DNA of 64,000 nucleotides, from assembly GCA_038231275.1 (NCBI GenBank), contig JBBRLQ010000007.1, forward strand, positions 192,001 to 256,000, read 5' to 3'. The DNA comes from Polyangiales bacterium (lineage in GTDB: Bacteria; Myxococcota_A; Polyangia; Polyangiales; Polyangiaceae). The position numbers were made by a program, and so were the translations under genes. Positions 49,701 to 59,391 of the stretch are shown here, piece after piece; the stretch's first letter is position 1, and every line of letters starts with the position of its first letter. The notes under the pieces were generated by a model that worked only from the letters and a program-made list of their open reading frames with translations, searched no databases and was not told the DNA's origin.

Positions 49701-50108
49701 ATGTTCACGATCAAGAAGATCGACCACGTCGCCGTGTGCGTGAGTGACATCGACGCCGCCGCCGCCAAGTACAAGGAGGTCTTCGGCCTCGAGGGTCGCG
49801 AGCGCGAGGTCGTCGCGTCGCAGAAGACGGAGGCCATCCTCCTCCCGATCGGCGAATCGAACATCGAGCTCATCAGCCCCCGCGGGAACGACGGTCTCGT
49901 GAAATTCCTCGAGAAGCGCGGCCCGGGCCTTCATCACATCGCGATCGAAGTGGAGGGGATCGAGGCGGCGCTCGCGTTCTTGAAGGGCCTCGGCGTCCCG
50001 CTCATCGACGAGACGCCTCGTGCCGGCGCGCGCGGGCACAAGGTCGCGTTCGTCCACCCGAAGGCCACGGGCGGCGTCCTCATCGAGCTCGTCGAGCCTT
50101 CGCACTGA
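49701..50108 (+). CDS. mce: Methylmalonyl-/ethylmalonyl-CoA epimerase (VOC family)
   Basis: IDHVAVCV, IELISP, FLEKRGPGLHHIA, FVHPKATGGVLIELVE. Confidence 0.92.
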   Translation: MFTIKKIDHVAVCVSDIDAAAAKYKEVFGLEGREREVVASQKTEAILLPIGESNIELISPRGNDGLVKFLEKRGPGLHHIAIEVEGIEAALAFLKGLGVPLIDETPRAGARGHKVAFVHPKATGGVLIELVEPSH

Positions 50109-50222
50109 CGGGCGACGGCTCGGCTCTGGCAAACCGCGCGTAGGGGCTATCTTTTTCGGGCGTCCATCCTGTACCCTGACGCGAGATTTCGAAGGCGTTC
50201 CCACCCGAGGAGCAAGGGACAC

Positions 50223-51317
50223 ATGGCGCGAGAGTCCAGGGTCGTTGGCAAGTTGGTCGCCGCCGTGATGGCTGGCCTCATCGGCGTCTCGTACGGCGGC
50301 GGCGCCACGCTGGTGTCCTCGGCGTACGCGCAGACCAAGCCGGCCACCGCGAAGCCCGCGGCCGCGGCGCCCGCACCCGCCGGCGGCGCAGGCGCGCCCG
50401 CGAAGATCGACGCGAAGAAGGCGTACACCGACGGCGAGAAGAAGTTCAAAGCGAACGATTTCGCGAACGCGCTCGCCGACTTCCTCGCCGCCGACACCGT
50501 CAAGCAGACGCCGCAGGCCGCCCGTTACATCGGCCTTTGCCACGACAACCTCGGCCACCCGCAGGACGCGGTGGTCGCCTACGAGCGCTTCCTCGCCGAC
50601 GTGCCGCCGAAGATGGCGGAGCAGGGTGAGGAGATCAAGAAGCGCGTCGCCGCGATCAAGGCGATCCCCGGCAAGGTGCACGTCGAGACCACGCCGCCCG
50701 GCGCGACCGTCGCGCTCGACGGCAAGGTCCTCTCGGCCGTGACGCCGACTGACGTCGAGGCCACGCCCGGCCGCCACTCGATCAAGCTCTCCGCCGACGG
50801 CCGCGTCGCGCAGGAGAAGGACATCGAGGTCGCCTTCGCGTCGAAGCAGGACCTCAAGGCCGATCTCGAAGAGAAGCCGATGCCGACCGCGCCGCCGCCT
50901 CCTCCGCCCGAGCCGGTCGCCGCCGTGCCTCCGCCGCCCCCGCCCGCGCCCGTCGCCGACAAGGGCTCGAGCATGGTGCCTGCGCTCATCACCGGCGGCC
51001 TCGCGGTCGTCGCGCTCGGCGTCGGGACCGTGTTCGGCGTCATGGCGCTCGGCGACAAGAGCGACTTCGACAAGAACCCGACGTCCTCGAAGGCCGACGA
51101 TGGCGAGAACCACGCGCTCATCGCCGACATGGCGTTCGGCGTCGCGGTCACGCTGGGCGTCACGAGCGCCGTCCTCTTCTTCAGCAGCGGCTCGTCGAGC
51201 GGCAGCGCGAAGGCGGCCCCGCCGGTGCTCGCCGCAAAGGCGACGCCCAAGGCGTTCTCGGTCGCCCCGATCGTCACCCCGCACGGCGGCGGCGCCGGCG
51301 CCACCTTCCGGTTCTGA
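50223..51317 (+). CDS. TPR + PEGA protein with C-terminal hydrophobic hairpin ending in Phe
   Basis: Signal peptide; TPR-like helices; VETTPPGATVALDG..TP...PGRH (PEGA); ends GATFRF. Confidence 0.85.
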   Translation: MARESRVVGKLVAAVMAGLIGVSYGGGATLVSSAYAQTKPATAKPAAAAPAPAGGAGAPAKIDAKKAYTDGEKKFKANDFANALADFLAADTVKQTPQAARYIGLCHDNLGHPQDAVVAYERFLADVPPKMAEQGEEIKKRVAAIKAIPGKVHVETTPPGATVALDGKVLSAVTPTDVEATPGRHSIKLSADGRVAQEKDIEVAFASKQDLKADLEEKPMPTAPPPPPPEPVAAVPPPPPPAPVADKGSSMVPALITGGLAVVALGVGTVFGVMALGDKSDFDKNPTSSKADDGENHALIADMAFGVAVTLGVTSAVLFFSSGSSSGSAKAAPPVLAAKATPKAFSVAPIVTPHGGGAGATFRF

Positions 51318-51325
51318 GGCGATCC

Positions 51326-51781
51326 ATGCGCAAGACCTCGCGCCACCGCATCCTCCTCGCCCTGACCGCGGCCACACTCGCCCTCGCGGGCTGTGAGCTC
51401 GCCGTCGACTTCGATCGCAGCAAGGTCCCCGGCGACGTGACCGACGCGTCGACGGACGGCACGACGGACGGCACGATCGACACCGGCACGGACGGCACCA
51501 TCGATACCGGCACCGACACCGGGACCGACGCGACCCCCGACGTCGTGAACGACACCGGCACGGACACGGGCGCCGACGCGCGCGACAGCGCCACCGACGC
51601 GGGCACCGACGCCGCAGACGCGAACGACGCCGCCGTCGACGCGAACGATGGAGCCGCCGACGCGAACGACGGCGCTGCTGATGCGTCCGATGCGGCCGAC
51701 GCCGCCGCCGACGCCGACGATGGCGCTGCGGACGCCGGAGACGCGGCCGACGCGGTGGCCGACGCCGACGACGCCGGTTGA
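51326..51781 (+). CDS. Small lipoprotein with acidic low-complexity tail
   Basis: LAGC-ELAVDFDRSK, then DTGTD/DAAD repeats. Confidence 0.75.
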   Translation: MRKTSRHRILLALTAATLALAGCELAVDFDRSKVPGDVTDASTDGTTDGTIDTGTDGTIDTGTDTGTDATPDVVNDTGTDTGADARDSATDAGTDAADANDAAVDANDGAADANDGAADASDAADAAADADDGAADAGDAADAVADADDAG

Positions 51782-51792
51782 AGGATCGAACC

Positions 51793-52137
51793 ATGACGAA
51801 ACGCGATCAAACGAGCCGCCGCCGCACGCGCGTCCACGCGGCGGTCCTCCTGTTGCTCCTCGGCGTCGGCGCGATCGGCTGCGAGCTCGCCCTCGACTTC
51901 GACCGCACCAAGATCGACGGCGGCGCGCTCGACGCCTCGTTCGGCGACACCGCGCTGCCCGACCAAGTGACGCCGCCCGCGGACGGCACCAGCGACACCG
52001 GGACCGACACCGGCGCCGACGCCGGGACCGACTCCAACACCGGCACCGATACCGGGACAGACACTGGCTCCGACACCGGCTCGGATACGGGGACCGACTC
52101 CGGCGCCGACGCCGCCGATGCAGACGATGCGGGCTGA
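51793..52137 (+). CDS. Paralogous small lipoprotein with acidic low-complexity tail
   Basis: AIGC-ELALDFDRTK, then DTG repeats. Confidence 0.75.
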   Translation: MTKRDQTSRRRTRVHAAVLLLLLGVGAIGCELALDFDRTKIDGGALDASFGDTALPDQVTPPADGTSDTGTDTGADAGTDSNTGTDTGTDTGSDTGSDTGTDSGADAADADDAG

Positions 52138-52139
52138 CG

Positions 52140-52159
52140 GCGACGAGGGCTTTCGTCGC
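52140..52159. terminator. Hairpin between convergent genes
   Basis: GCGACGA-GGGCTT-TCGTCGC. Confidence 0.4.
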
Positions 52160-53502
52160 TAACCCGAAGCGATCGCTCGAATCGCCTCGCTGACCTTCTC
52201 GACGTCGGGCGGAAGCGCGATCGGCGCGTTCGCGCGGCGGCTCGCGACCTCGAGCGTGCGTTCGTGGTAGCCCATCTTGAACTCGGTGAACTTGAGCGCG
52301 TTGGCGGTCGATACGACGACGACGCGATCGGTCTCCTTGATGAGGCCGCGCGCGCGCAGCTTGAACGTGGCGGCGAGCGCGACGCCGGTGTGCGGGCACG
52401 TGTAGAGGCCCGTGCGATCGGCGCGCGCGCAGGCGTCGGCGAGCTCGTCCTCGCTCGCCTGCTCCACGACGCCATCCATCGCCTTCAGCGCCGCCATCGC
52501 GCGCGGCGCGCTCACCGGACTGCCGATTTGGATCGCGCTGGCGAGGCTGTTTTTTGCCTTGATCGAGGCGACCGTCTCTTCGTGCGCGACGAACGCGCGG
52601 TACATCGGGTTCGCGTTCTCGGCCTGCGCGACGCAGAGGCGCGGTAGACGATTCGTCAGCCCGAGCTCCTTCATCATCGTGAACCCGGCGTACAGGGCCG
52701 CCGCGTTTCCCAGGTTGCCGCTCGGAAGGACGACCCAGTCGGGCACCTCCCAGTCGAACTGCTGCGCGATCTCGACCGCGACGGTCTTCTGCCCCTCGAT
52801 GCGGAGTGGGTTCATCGAGTTGGCGAGGTAGACGAGGTCCCGGCGGGCGAGCTCCTTCACCACGGTCATGCAGCCGTCGAAGTCGGTGTCGAGCGCGAGG
52901 ACCGTCGCGCCGTGGGCGAGCGGCTGGACGAGCTGCGCCGTCGACACGAGGCCGCGCGGCAAAAGAACCGCGACGGGAAGACCGCACGCAGCGCCGTACG
53001 CCGCGAGCGACGCGCTGGTGTCGCCGGTCGACGCGCACGCCACCACGCGCGCCTTCAACGCGCCCTCGGCGATCGCCTGGCGCACGACGCTGACGAGCAC
53101 CGTCATGCCCAGATCCTTGAACGATCCGGAGTGCGCGTTGCCGCACTGCTTCACCCACAAATCGCCGATGCCCATCTCCTTGCCGAGGCGCTCGGCCCAG
53201 AAGAGGTTCGTGCCGCCCTCGTCGGTGGACACGATGAGATCGTCCGGCACCTCCGGCGCGACCCACTCGCGCTTGCCCCACACGCCCGAGCCGTACGGCC
53301 AGGTCGTGCGCTTGTAGCGATCGTCGAAGAGCTTGCGCCACGCGCTCGCGGTTCGGGTGCGGAGCGCCTCGAGATCGTGACGCACCTCGAGGAGGCCGTC
53401 GCACGTGGGGCAGCGGTAAATCGGCTTCGTCAGCGGCCAGCTGCCCTCGCAGCCGTTGAAGCAGCGGAAGCTCGCCTGAAAGCGAACGGCGTCGCGCGGC
53501 AT
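52159..53502 (-). CDS. thrC: Threonine synthase
   Basis: [15 protein letters not shown] (PLP Lys), [29 protein letters not shown]. Confidence 0.93.
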   Translation of the reverse strand: MPRDAVRFQASFRCFNGCEGSWPLTKPIYRCPTCDGLLEVRHDLEALRTRTASAWRKLFDDRYKRTTWPYGSGVWGKREWVAPEVPDDLIVSTDEGGTNLFWAERLGKEMGIGDLWVKQCGNAHSGSFKDLGMTVLVSVVRQAIAEGALKARVVACASTGDTSASLAAYGAACGLPVAVLLPRGLVSTAQLVQPLAHGATVLALDTDFDGCMTVVKELARRDLVYLANSMNPLRIEGQKTVAVEIAQQFDWEVPDWVVLPSGNLGNAAALYAGFTMMKELGLTNRLPRLCVAQAENANPMYRAFVAHEETVASIKAKNSLASAIQIGSPVSAPRAMAALKAMDGVVEQASEDELADACARADRTGLYTCPHTGVALAATFKLRARGLIKETDRVVVVSTANALKFTEFKMGYHERTLEVASRRANAPIALPPDVEKVSEAIRAIASG

Positions 53503-53506
53503 GAGC

Positions 53507-54679
53507 TTACTGGCAGGTGAGGTAATGCGGGTTTGACGACGGGCGGCACTTGGTGCCGGCATACATCGAGCAGTCGGCGTCGACGCAGCAGACGTCGGTG
53601 CAGACCTTCGCGACCGGATCGCAGAAGGCGGTCTTGCACTGCGTTCCCGACGTGCACGCGGTCCCGACGACGCCGCTGCCGGGCGGTCCGTCCGGGGTCT
53701 CCGCGTTGTGCAGGCACGTGCCGAGGTACTCGGGCGCGCCGGAGGTCTGGAGGTACGCGCACGTGCCGAAGCCGGACGAAGGCGGCGTCATCGCGAGGCA
53801 GTTGGTCTTGCCGCACCCGTGCGGCTTGCACTCGGCGAAGCTCGTCGTGCCGTAGCAGATGCCGCTGTTGCAGTCGGCGGAGACGGCGCAGATCTGATCG
53901 TTGCCGACCGTTCCGGGCGGCGGGACCGCGCACGCGAACACGTTGTGCCCCTCGACGAGCGTCCGGCGGCAGATGCCGGGCGCCGCGCAGTCGGCGTCGG
54001 CGCAGCACGTGTCGGTGCACACCTTCGCGGTCGCGCCCGCGCACACGCCGGAGCGGCACGCCTCGGCGGTCGAGCAGCTCGTGCCCCCCTTGGTCGCGCC
54101 GTTCGCCGAGCCGCGCTGGAGCAGCGTGGGTCGCACGCAGTACGTGCCGCCGGTGCCGGGGCCGTAGCAGACCATGTCGTTCGGGCAGTCTTCGGATTTG
54201 CAGCAGGGCTTCGTGCAGAGCGGACCGCTCGTCTTCACCGCGTCGCCGAGCACCGCGTCGCCGCCGCAGAAGAACTCGGGCTTGCACTGCGTGTTGGTGA
54301 GGCAGCTGCACCCGAGCTCGCCGTTGCAACCGCCCTCGCCGCTGCTCTCGAACGGAAGGGGAGAGTCGACCTCGACGTCGGGCAGGATCGTCCCGTCCTC
54401 GACGCCGCTCTCGCTGGGGCCCGCCTCGGGCACGTCGACTGTGGGAACGCAGATGTGCGAGATCGTGTCGCACACGAGGTCCGCGCCGCACGGCGTCTGG
54501 GGGCACGAGCCGACGCAGACGCCAGCAGGCGAGCAGATCTGTCCGCCGGGGCACTCGTTGATGCCGCCTGGCGCGCACGCGAAGGACGGGAGGTCCTTCG
54601 GCACGAGCGCCTCGCAGCCGGCCGCGCCGAGCATCCCGAGCACGCCGGCGAGGGCGATGCTGGCGATGAAGCGACGCAT
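53507..54679 (-). CDS. Cys-rich lipoprotein with repeated GxxC..C..C..CC modules
   Basis: Lipobox AAGC; CTKPCC, CTDTCC, CTDVCC repeats; ATG 54679 overlaps the upstream stop. Confidence 0.8.
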   Translation of the reverse strand: MRRFIASIALAGVLGMLGAAGCEALVPKDLPSFACAPGGINECPGGQICSPAGVCVGSCPQTPCGADLVCDTISHICVPTVDVPEAGPSESGVEDGTILPDVEVDSPLPFESSGEGGCNGELGCSCLTNTQCKPEFFCGGDAVLGDAVKTSGPLCTKPCCKSEDCPNDMVCYGPGTGGTYCVRPTLLQRGSANGATKGGTSCSTAEACRSGVCAGATAKVCTDTCCADADCAAPGICRRTLVEGHNVFACAVPPPGTVGNDQICAVSADCNSGICYGTTSFAECKPHGCGKTNCLAMTPPSSGFGTCAYLQTSGAPEYLGTCLHNAETPDGPPGSGVVGTACTSGTQCKTAFCDPVAKVCTDVCCVDADCSMYAGTKCRPSSNPHYLTCQ

Positions 54680-55515
54680 CAGAACGATCCCCGCAGCATC
54701 AGGACTCCACCTCCACGCACGTCCGGCACAGGCACCACCGACACGCGCGCTTGGGTGCTCGCTTGCGGGCTCGGGGCCTGGGTGACCTTGGTCCGACCGA
54801 AGTAAAGATACGCCGCGACGGCCGCCGCGACGACCCCGATTCCCAGGCTGACGTCGGCGATGATGGCTTCTTTGTGCGCTTGCGACGTTTTTTGCAGGAG
54901 ATCGTCGTAGGTTCCGTCGCGTCCAGTCACGAAGGATTTCGGTCGATCGCTCACCGCCTTGACGCCGAACACGGCCCCCACGCCCACCCCAGCGACCGCC
55001 AGCGACGCCGCGGTGATCGTGAGCGCGTCGACACGCCCGCGCGGCGGAGGCTCGTTCTTCTTGTCGTTGGGCGGCGTCGGGGTCGGGGTCGGGGTGGGCG
55101 TTGGAGTCGGCGTCGGCGTCTCGCGCTTGGCGCCTTCGAGGCGCTTGATGAACGAGTCGGCCTTCAGCTTCTCCAGCGGCGTCACGTCCATCTGCGCGTA
55201 CGCGCGAAACCAGCGGAGCGCGTCGTCGATGTTCCCGAGCTTCTCGTTCACGACGCCGAGGTTGAAGGCGAGCTCCTTCGCGTTCGGATCGAGCGCGCGC
55301 GCCGCCTCGAGCTCGCCCTTCGCCTCGCGGTAGCTGCCCTGCGAGTAGAGCTCCCGAGCGCGCTTGTAGTGCTCCTCGGCCTTTTGTTGGGCGGCCGGCG
55401 GCGTCGGCGTGGCGCTCTGCGCGAACGCGGGGAGGGTGGTCCCCGTCATGGCCACGAGTGCCAACATCGCGACATAACGTCGCTTTGTCCCCGCGCGGCG
55501 GCCAACGGCACCCAT
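54679..55515 (-). CDS. TPR protein with Pro/Thr linker and C-terminal hydrophobic hairpin ending in Phe
   Basis: AEEHYKRARELY..G.Y.EA...ALDP...AFNLG; ends LRGSF; start uncertain. Confidence 0.8.
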   Translation of the reverse strand: MGAVGRRAGTKRRYVAMLALVAMTGTTLPAFAQSATPTPPAAQQKAEEHYKRARELYSQGSYREAKGELEAARALDPNAKELAFNLGVVNEKLGNIDDALRWFRAYAQMDVTPLEKLKADSFIKRLEGAKRETPTPTPTPTPTPTPTPPNDKKNEPPPRGRVDALTITAASLAVAGVGVGAVFGVKAVSDRPKSFVTGRDGTYDDLLQKTSQAHKEAIIADVSLGIGVVAAAVAAYLYFGRTKVTQAPSPQASTQARVSVVPVPDVRGGGVLMLRGSF

Positions 55516-55592
55516 GAGTGCGAAGGATACTCGAAACCTGCCTGTAAGGGGGGACGGCGCGGCCCCGTTGAGCACGCAGGAGGTCGAGACCC

Positions 55593-56261
55593 ATGCGTGG
55601 CAAGAGCGTTCGGTTCGGGATGGTCGTGGCGTTGAGTTTGGCGGCGGCGGCGGTCACGCAGACGGCGCGCGCGGACGACGCGGTCGTGTCGGTCGGTCGC
55701 GTCGACGACGGGCGCTTCGCGCGGCAGCCGGGCCCGATCGCGAGCTCGCCGATCGTCCCGAACGACGATCCGCGCGATCCTCCGTTCGAGCTCCACCGCG
55801 CGCCGATTCGCCTCCAGCTCGCGCCGACCGCGATCACGACGGGCAAGGGCCTCGGCGGCGGCATTCAGGTGGCCGCGGACTTCGGCACCGGAACCGTGGG
55901 CGGGCGCCTCGCGGCCGCGTGGATGCGCGGCGAAGGCCACGCCGCCGAGAGCGGCTACGCGCTCGGCGACAGCGTGGGGCAGTACACCGGGGAAATTACC
56001 CTCGATCTGCACAAGCGCGGCCCGATTCATCCGGTCCTCGGGATCGGCTTCGGCCTCGCGCACGTGAGCCGGCCGACGGGAAGCGGCAACGCGGGCATCG
56101 GCACAGGCCGCGTCGGCCTCGACTACGCGCTGCCGGTCGAGGACGCGGACGTCCGCATCGGAATGCACGCGACGGGCGTGATGACCGGCCCGTCGGACGA
56201 CGAGATCAAGGATCTCCACGGGTACGCGCTCGTCGCTGCGGTGCTCAGCATTGGGTTCTGA
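55593..56261 (+). CDS. Putative outer-membrane beta-barrel protein
   Basis: Signal peptide, amphipathic Gly-rich strands, C-terminal SIGF. Confidence 0.65.
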   Translation: MRGKSVRFGMVVALSLAAAAVTQTARADDAVVSVGRVDDGRFARQPGPIASSPIVPNDDPRDPPFELHRAPIRLQLAPTAITTGKGLGGGIQVAADFGTGTVGGRLAAAWMRGEGHAAESGYALGDSVGQYTGEITLDLHKRGPIHPVLGIGFGLAHVSRPTGSGNAGIGTGRVGLDYALPVEDADVRIGMHATGVMTGPSDDEIKDLHGYALVAAVLSIGF

Positions 56262-56286
56262 TTTGGGGCGTGCTACTTCCGCGCCC

Positions 56287-56643
56287 ATGCGCGCGCCGAT
56301 CATCGCCCTTCTCTTGATTCTCCTCACCCCGGCGTGCGCGACCCCGCCACCCGCCGATCCCGCGACCGCGACCGCGACCGCGACTCCGACCGCGACCGCG
56401 ACGCCGACCCCGACCGCGACCGCGACCGCGACGCCGACTCCGACCCCGACCCCGACCCCGACTCCGACTCCGACCCCGACTCCGACTCCGACGGCCGAAA
56501 AACCAGGGACGCCTCCTCGCCCCGGCCAAAAGGAAGGCGCCCTTTGTGGCGGCATCGCCGGCCTCCGTTGCGCGGAAGGGCTCGCTTGCAAAATGGGCGG
56601 CCCGACGCACCCTGACCAGGCCGGCGTGTGCGTCCGTCCCTGA
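56287..56643 (+). CDS. Small lipoprotein with (AT/PT)n stalk and 4-Cys tip domain
   Basis: Lipobox TPAC; EGALCGGIAGLRCAEGLAC...GVC. Confidence 0.7.
   Translation: MRAPIIALLLILLTPACATPPPADPATATATATPTATATPTPTATATATPTPTPTPTPTPTPTPTPTPTAEKPGTPPRPGQKEGALCGGIAGLRCAEGLACKMGGPTHPDQAGVCVRP
56361..56490 (+). repeat. Hexanucleotide microsatellite (NCCGAC/CGCGAC) encoding Pro-Thr/Ala-Thr
   Basis: About 21 units; similar tracts at 17720-17880, 24313-24400 and 55075-55119. Confidence 0.85.
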
Positions 56644-58067
56644 TTCTTCGTCTCGCCGTCGTCGTCGTCGCGGCGGCGGCCCTCGCGTCGCTGGCGTACG
56701 CGGTGATGACGCTCGGCGTGCGGCCGCTCGATGGCGTGGAGGGCGAAGTGCTGTTCGAGGGACAGCGCCTGCGCGAAGGGCTGCCGATTTACACCGACCC
56801 GATCGCCGGCGTGACCGACTACGGGCCGGTGCCCTCGCGCTTCTACGTGCTCTATCCGCCGGTGTGGGCGTGGCTCGTGTCGTGGGTGCCGCCGCGATCG
56901 GCGATGCTCGTCGCGCGCGCCGTCGCGTGCTTTGCGTGGTTCGGTCTGCTCCTCGCGATCACGCTGCGGGCGCCGCGGGAGAAGCGCGGGACGGCGGCGT
57001 TTGCTGCGGCGTTCACCGCGGGCGTCTACACGCTGGCGCTGTATGGGGCGGCGGCACGGCCCGACGCGCTCGCGGTCGCGCTCGCAGGGGCGGCGCTGGT
57101 GCGGAGCGTCGAGCGCGGCAAGGTGGACATGGTGGCGGCGGCCCTCTTCGCGCTCGCCGCGTGGACGAAGCCGAACGTGATGGGGCTCGCGGCGGGCGCG
57201 TTCGCGGTGCAGTTGTTCGTCGACAGGAAGGCCTTCGGACGGGCGATCGCGGCGGCGCTCTTCGTGACCGGCGGCCTCGCGGCGATCCTCCAGCACGTGA
57301 GCGGCGGCGCGTGGACCGATCACCTGCTGCGCGCGACCGGACAACCGGGCAGCCTGTCGCTTTGGCTGGAGCAGGTCCCGTCGCGCCTCCAGTTCCTCGG
57401 CGCGCCGATCGCGGCGGCGCTGTTCGTCGCGTGGCGTGCGAGGCGATCGTCTCCTGGCGCGAGGCTCGCTCTTGGCGCGCTCGTGGCGTCGCTCGCGTGG
57501 ACGCTCTTGTCGCTCGCGAAGATCGGGAGCGCCACGAACTACTGGATGGAGCCGATGATCGCCGCCACCGTCGTCGCGGCGTTCGTTCCGTTCACGATCC
57601 CGACGTCACGCGTCCTCGGATGCGTGTGCGCCGGCGCCGTCCTCTTCCAGTGCCTATGGACCGGCGTGGCCACGATCCGTAGCTCCCTCGAGGCGATCGC
57701 AGTGTCGAAGGTGCACGCGGCGTTCGTGGAGCGGGTCCGCGCGACCTGCAATCCCGGCGTGGACGAAGTGATCATCGCCGACGAGCCCGGGCTCGAGCTC
57801 ATGCTCGACGGGCGCGCGGTGACGACGCCGTTCCAGATGACGCACCTCGCCCGACGCGGGAAATTCCCGCTCGAGCCGTGGGTCGCCGACGTGCTGAGGC
57901 CCGAGGTGCGCTGCCTCCTCATGCAGGACGATCTGCTCGATCGCCCGCTCGGTGTCGTGTCGATCGAGCACGATCGCTTCGGCCCCGAGCTCCGGACCGT
58001 GCTCCGCGCCAAGTTCGTGCGCGCGCAGGAGCAAGGGGGGTGGCGGCTGTACCGGGCTTCGCGCTAG
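56628..58067 (+). CDS. Polytopic membrane protein, GT-C glycosyltransferase-like
   Basis: About 10 TM segments; acidic first loop DGVEG, LYPP, ARPD, WTKPN. Confidence 0.6.
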   Translation: MRPSLILRLAVVVVAAAALASLAYAVMTLGVRPLDGVEGEVLFEGQRLREGLPIYTDPIAGVTDYGPVPSRFYVLYPPVWAWLVSWVPPRSAMLVARAVACFAWFGLLLAITLRAPREKRGTAAFAAAFTAGVYTLALYGAAARPDALAVALAGAALVRSVERGKVDMVAAALFALAAWTKPNVMGLAAGAFAVQLFVDRKAFGRAIAAALFVTGGLAAILQHVSGGAWTDHLLRATGQPGSLSLWLEQVPSRLQFLGAPIAAALFVAWRARRSSPGARLALGALVASLAWTLLSLAKIGSATNYWMEPMIAATVVAAFVPFTIPTSRVLGCVCAGAVLFQCLWTGVATIRSSLEAIAVSKVHAAFVERVRATCNPGVDEVIIADEPGLELMLDGRAVTTPFQMTHLARRGKFPLEPWVADVLRPEVRCLLMQDDLLDRPLGVVSIEHDRFGPELRTVLRAKFVRAQEQGGWRLYRASR

Positions 58068-58076
58068 AACCTCACG

Positions 58077-59333
58077 ATGAGCCTCGAAGCGGAAATCGCC
58101 GCGATTTGCCGGCGCGCCAGGGTCGCCTCGCGCACCCTCGCGCCGGCGTCGCGCGCGAGGAAGGACGCGGCGCTCGAGGCGATCGCGACGACGCTCCGCG
58201 CGCGGCGTCCGGAGATCCTCGCGGCGAACGCGGCGGACGTCGCCGAGGCGGAGAAGAAGGGGACACGCGGCGCGCTCCTCGATCGTCTGACCTTGAACGA
58301 CGCGCGCATGGACGCGCTCGAGGCGGGCGTGCGCGAGATCATCGCGCTGCCCGATCCGGTGGGGCAGCTCATCGCAGAGTCGATGCGGCCCACGGGCCTG
58401 CGTGTGCGGCGCGTACGGACGCCGATCGGCGTCATCGCGATGATCTACGAGGCGCGTCCCAACGTGACGGTGGAGGCGAGCGCGCTCGCGCTGAAGGCGG
58501 GCAACGCGATCGTGCTGCGCGGCGGGTCCGAGGCGACGCGCGCAAACGCCGCGCTCGCGGCCGCTGTAGGGGAGGGGCTCGCGGCGGCCGGCCTCCCGCG
58601 CGACGCGGTGCAGGCGCTCGGCATGGTCGATCGCGACGCCGTGCGCGTGCTCGTGCAGCAGAGTGAGACGGTCGATCTGGCGATCCCGCGCGGCGGCGAG
58701 GGGCTCATTCGCTTCGTGACCGAGAACGCGCGCGTGCCGGTGGTGCAGCACTACAAAGGCGTCTGTCACCTCTTCGTCGACGCGGGCGCCGACGTCGACA
58801 CCGCCGCGCGCATCGCCGTCGACTCCAAGCTGTCGCGACCCGGTGTCTGCAACGCGCTCGAGTGCCTGCTCGTCGACGCCGCCGACGCCGCGCGCCTCCT
58901 CCCTCCCATCGCGGCGCGGCTCGTCCTTGGTGGCTGCGAGCTCCGCGGAGACGCGCGGGCGTGCGCGCTCGTACCTGCCGCGAGGGCCGCGACGGACGAC
59001 GACTGGGGCCGCGAGTTCCTCGACAAGATCCTCGCGGTTCGCGTCGTCGACGGCCTCGACGGGGCCCTCGCGCACGTCGTCGCCTACGGCTCCGGGCACA
59101 CCGAAGCGATCCTCACGCCGAACGCCGAGCACGCCGCGCGCTGGCGAACCGAGGTCGACGCCGCCTGCGTAATAGTGAACGCCTCGACCCGTTTTCACGA
59201 TGGAGGCGAGCTGGGCCTCGGCGCCGAGATCGGCATCGCCACGAGCCGCCTGCACTGGCGCGGCCCGATGGGGCTCGAGGCCCTCACCACGAACAAGTGG
59301 ATCATCGACGGCGAAGGGCAGACGCGCGGTTGA
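58077..59333 (+). CDS. proA: Gamma-glutamyl phosphate reductase
   Basis: PIGVIAMIYEARPNVT, LRGGSEA, PGVCNALE, NASTRFHDGGELGLGAEIGI, HWRGPMGL. Confidence 0.96.
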   Translation: MSLEAEIAAICRRARVASRTLAPASRARKDAALEAIATTLRARRPEILAANAADVAEAEKKGTRGALLDRLTLNDARMDALEAGVREIIALPDPVGQLIAESMRPTGLRVRRVRTPIGVIAMIYEARPNVTVEASALALKAGNAIVLRGGSEATRANAALAAAVGEGLAAAGLPRDAVQALGMVDRDAVRVLVQQSETVDLAIPRGGEGLIRFVTENARVPVVQHYKGVCHLFVDAGADVDTAARIAVDSKLSRPGVCNALECLLVDAADAARLLPPIAARLVLGGCELRGDARACALVPAARAATDDDWGREFLDKILAVRVVDGLDGALAHVVAYGSGHTEAILTPNAEHAARWRTEVDAACVIVNASTRFHDGGELGLGAEIGIATSRLHWRGPMGLEALTTNKWIIDGEGQTRG

Positions 59334-59391
59334 CGCGCACGCCGCGACCCCCCACGATGGGGGCTCTCGCGGAACCGAAAGGATCGACGTT

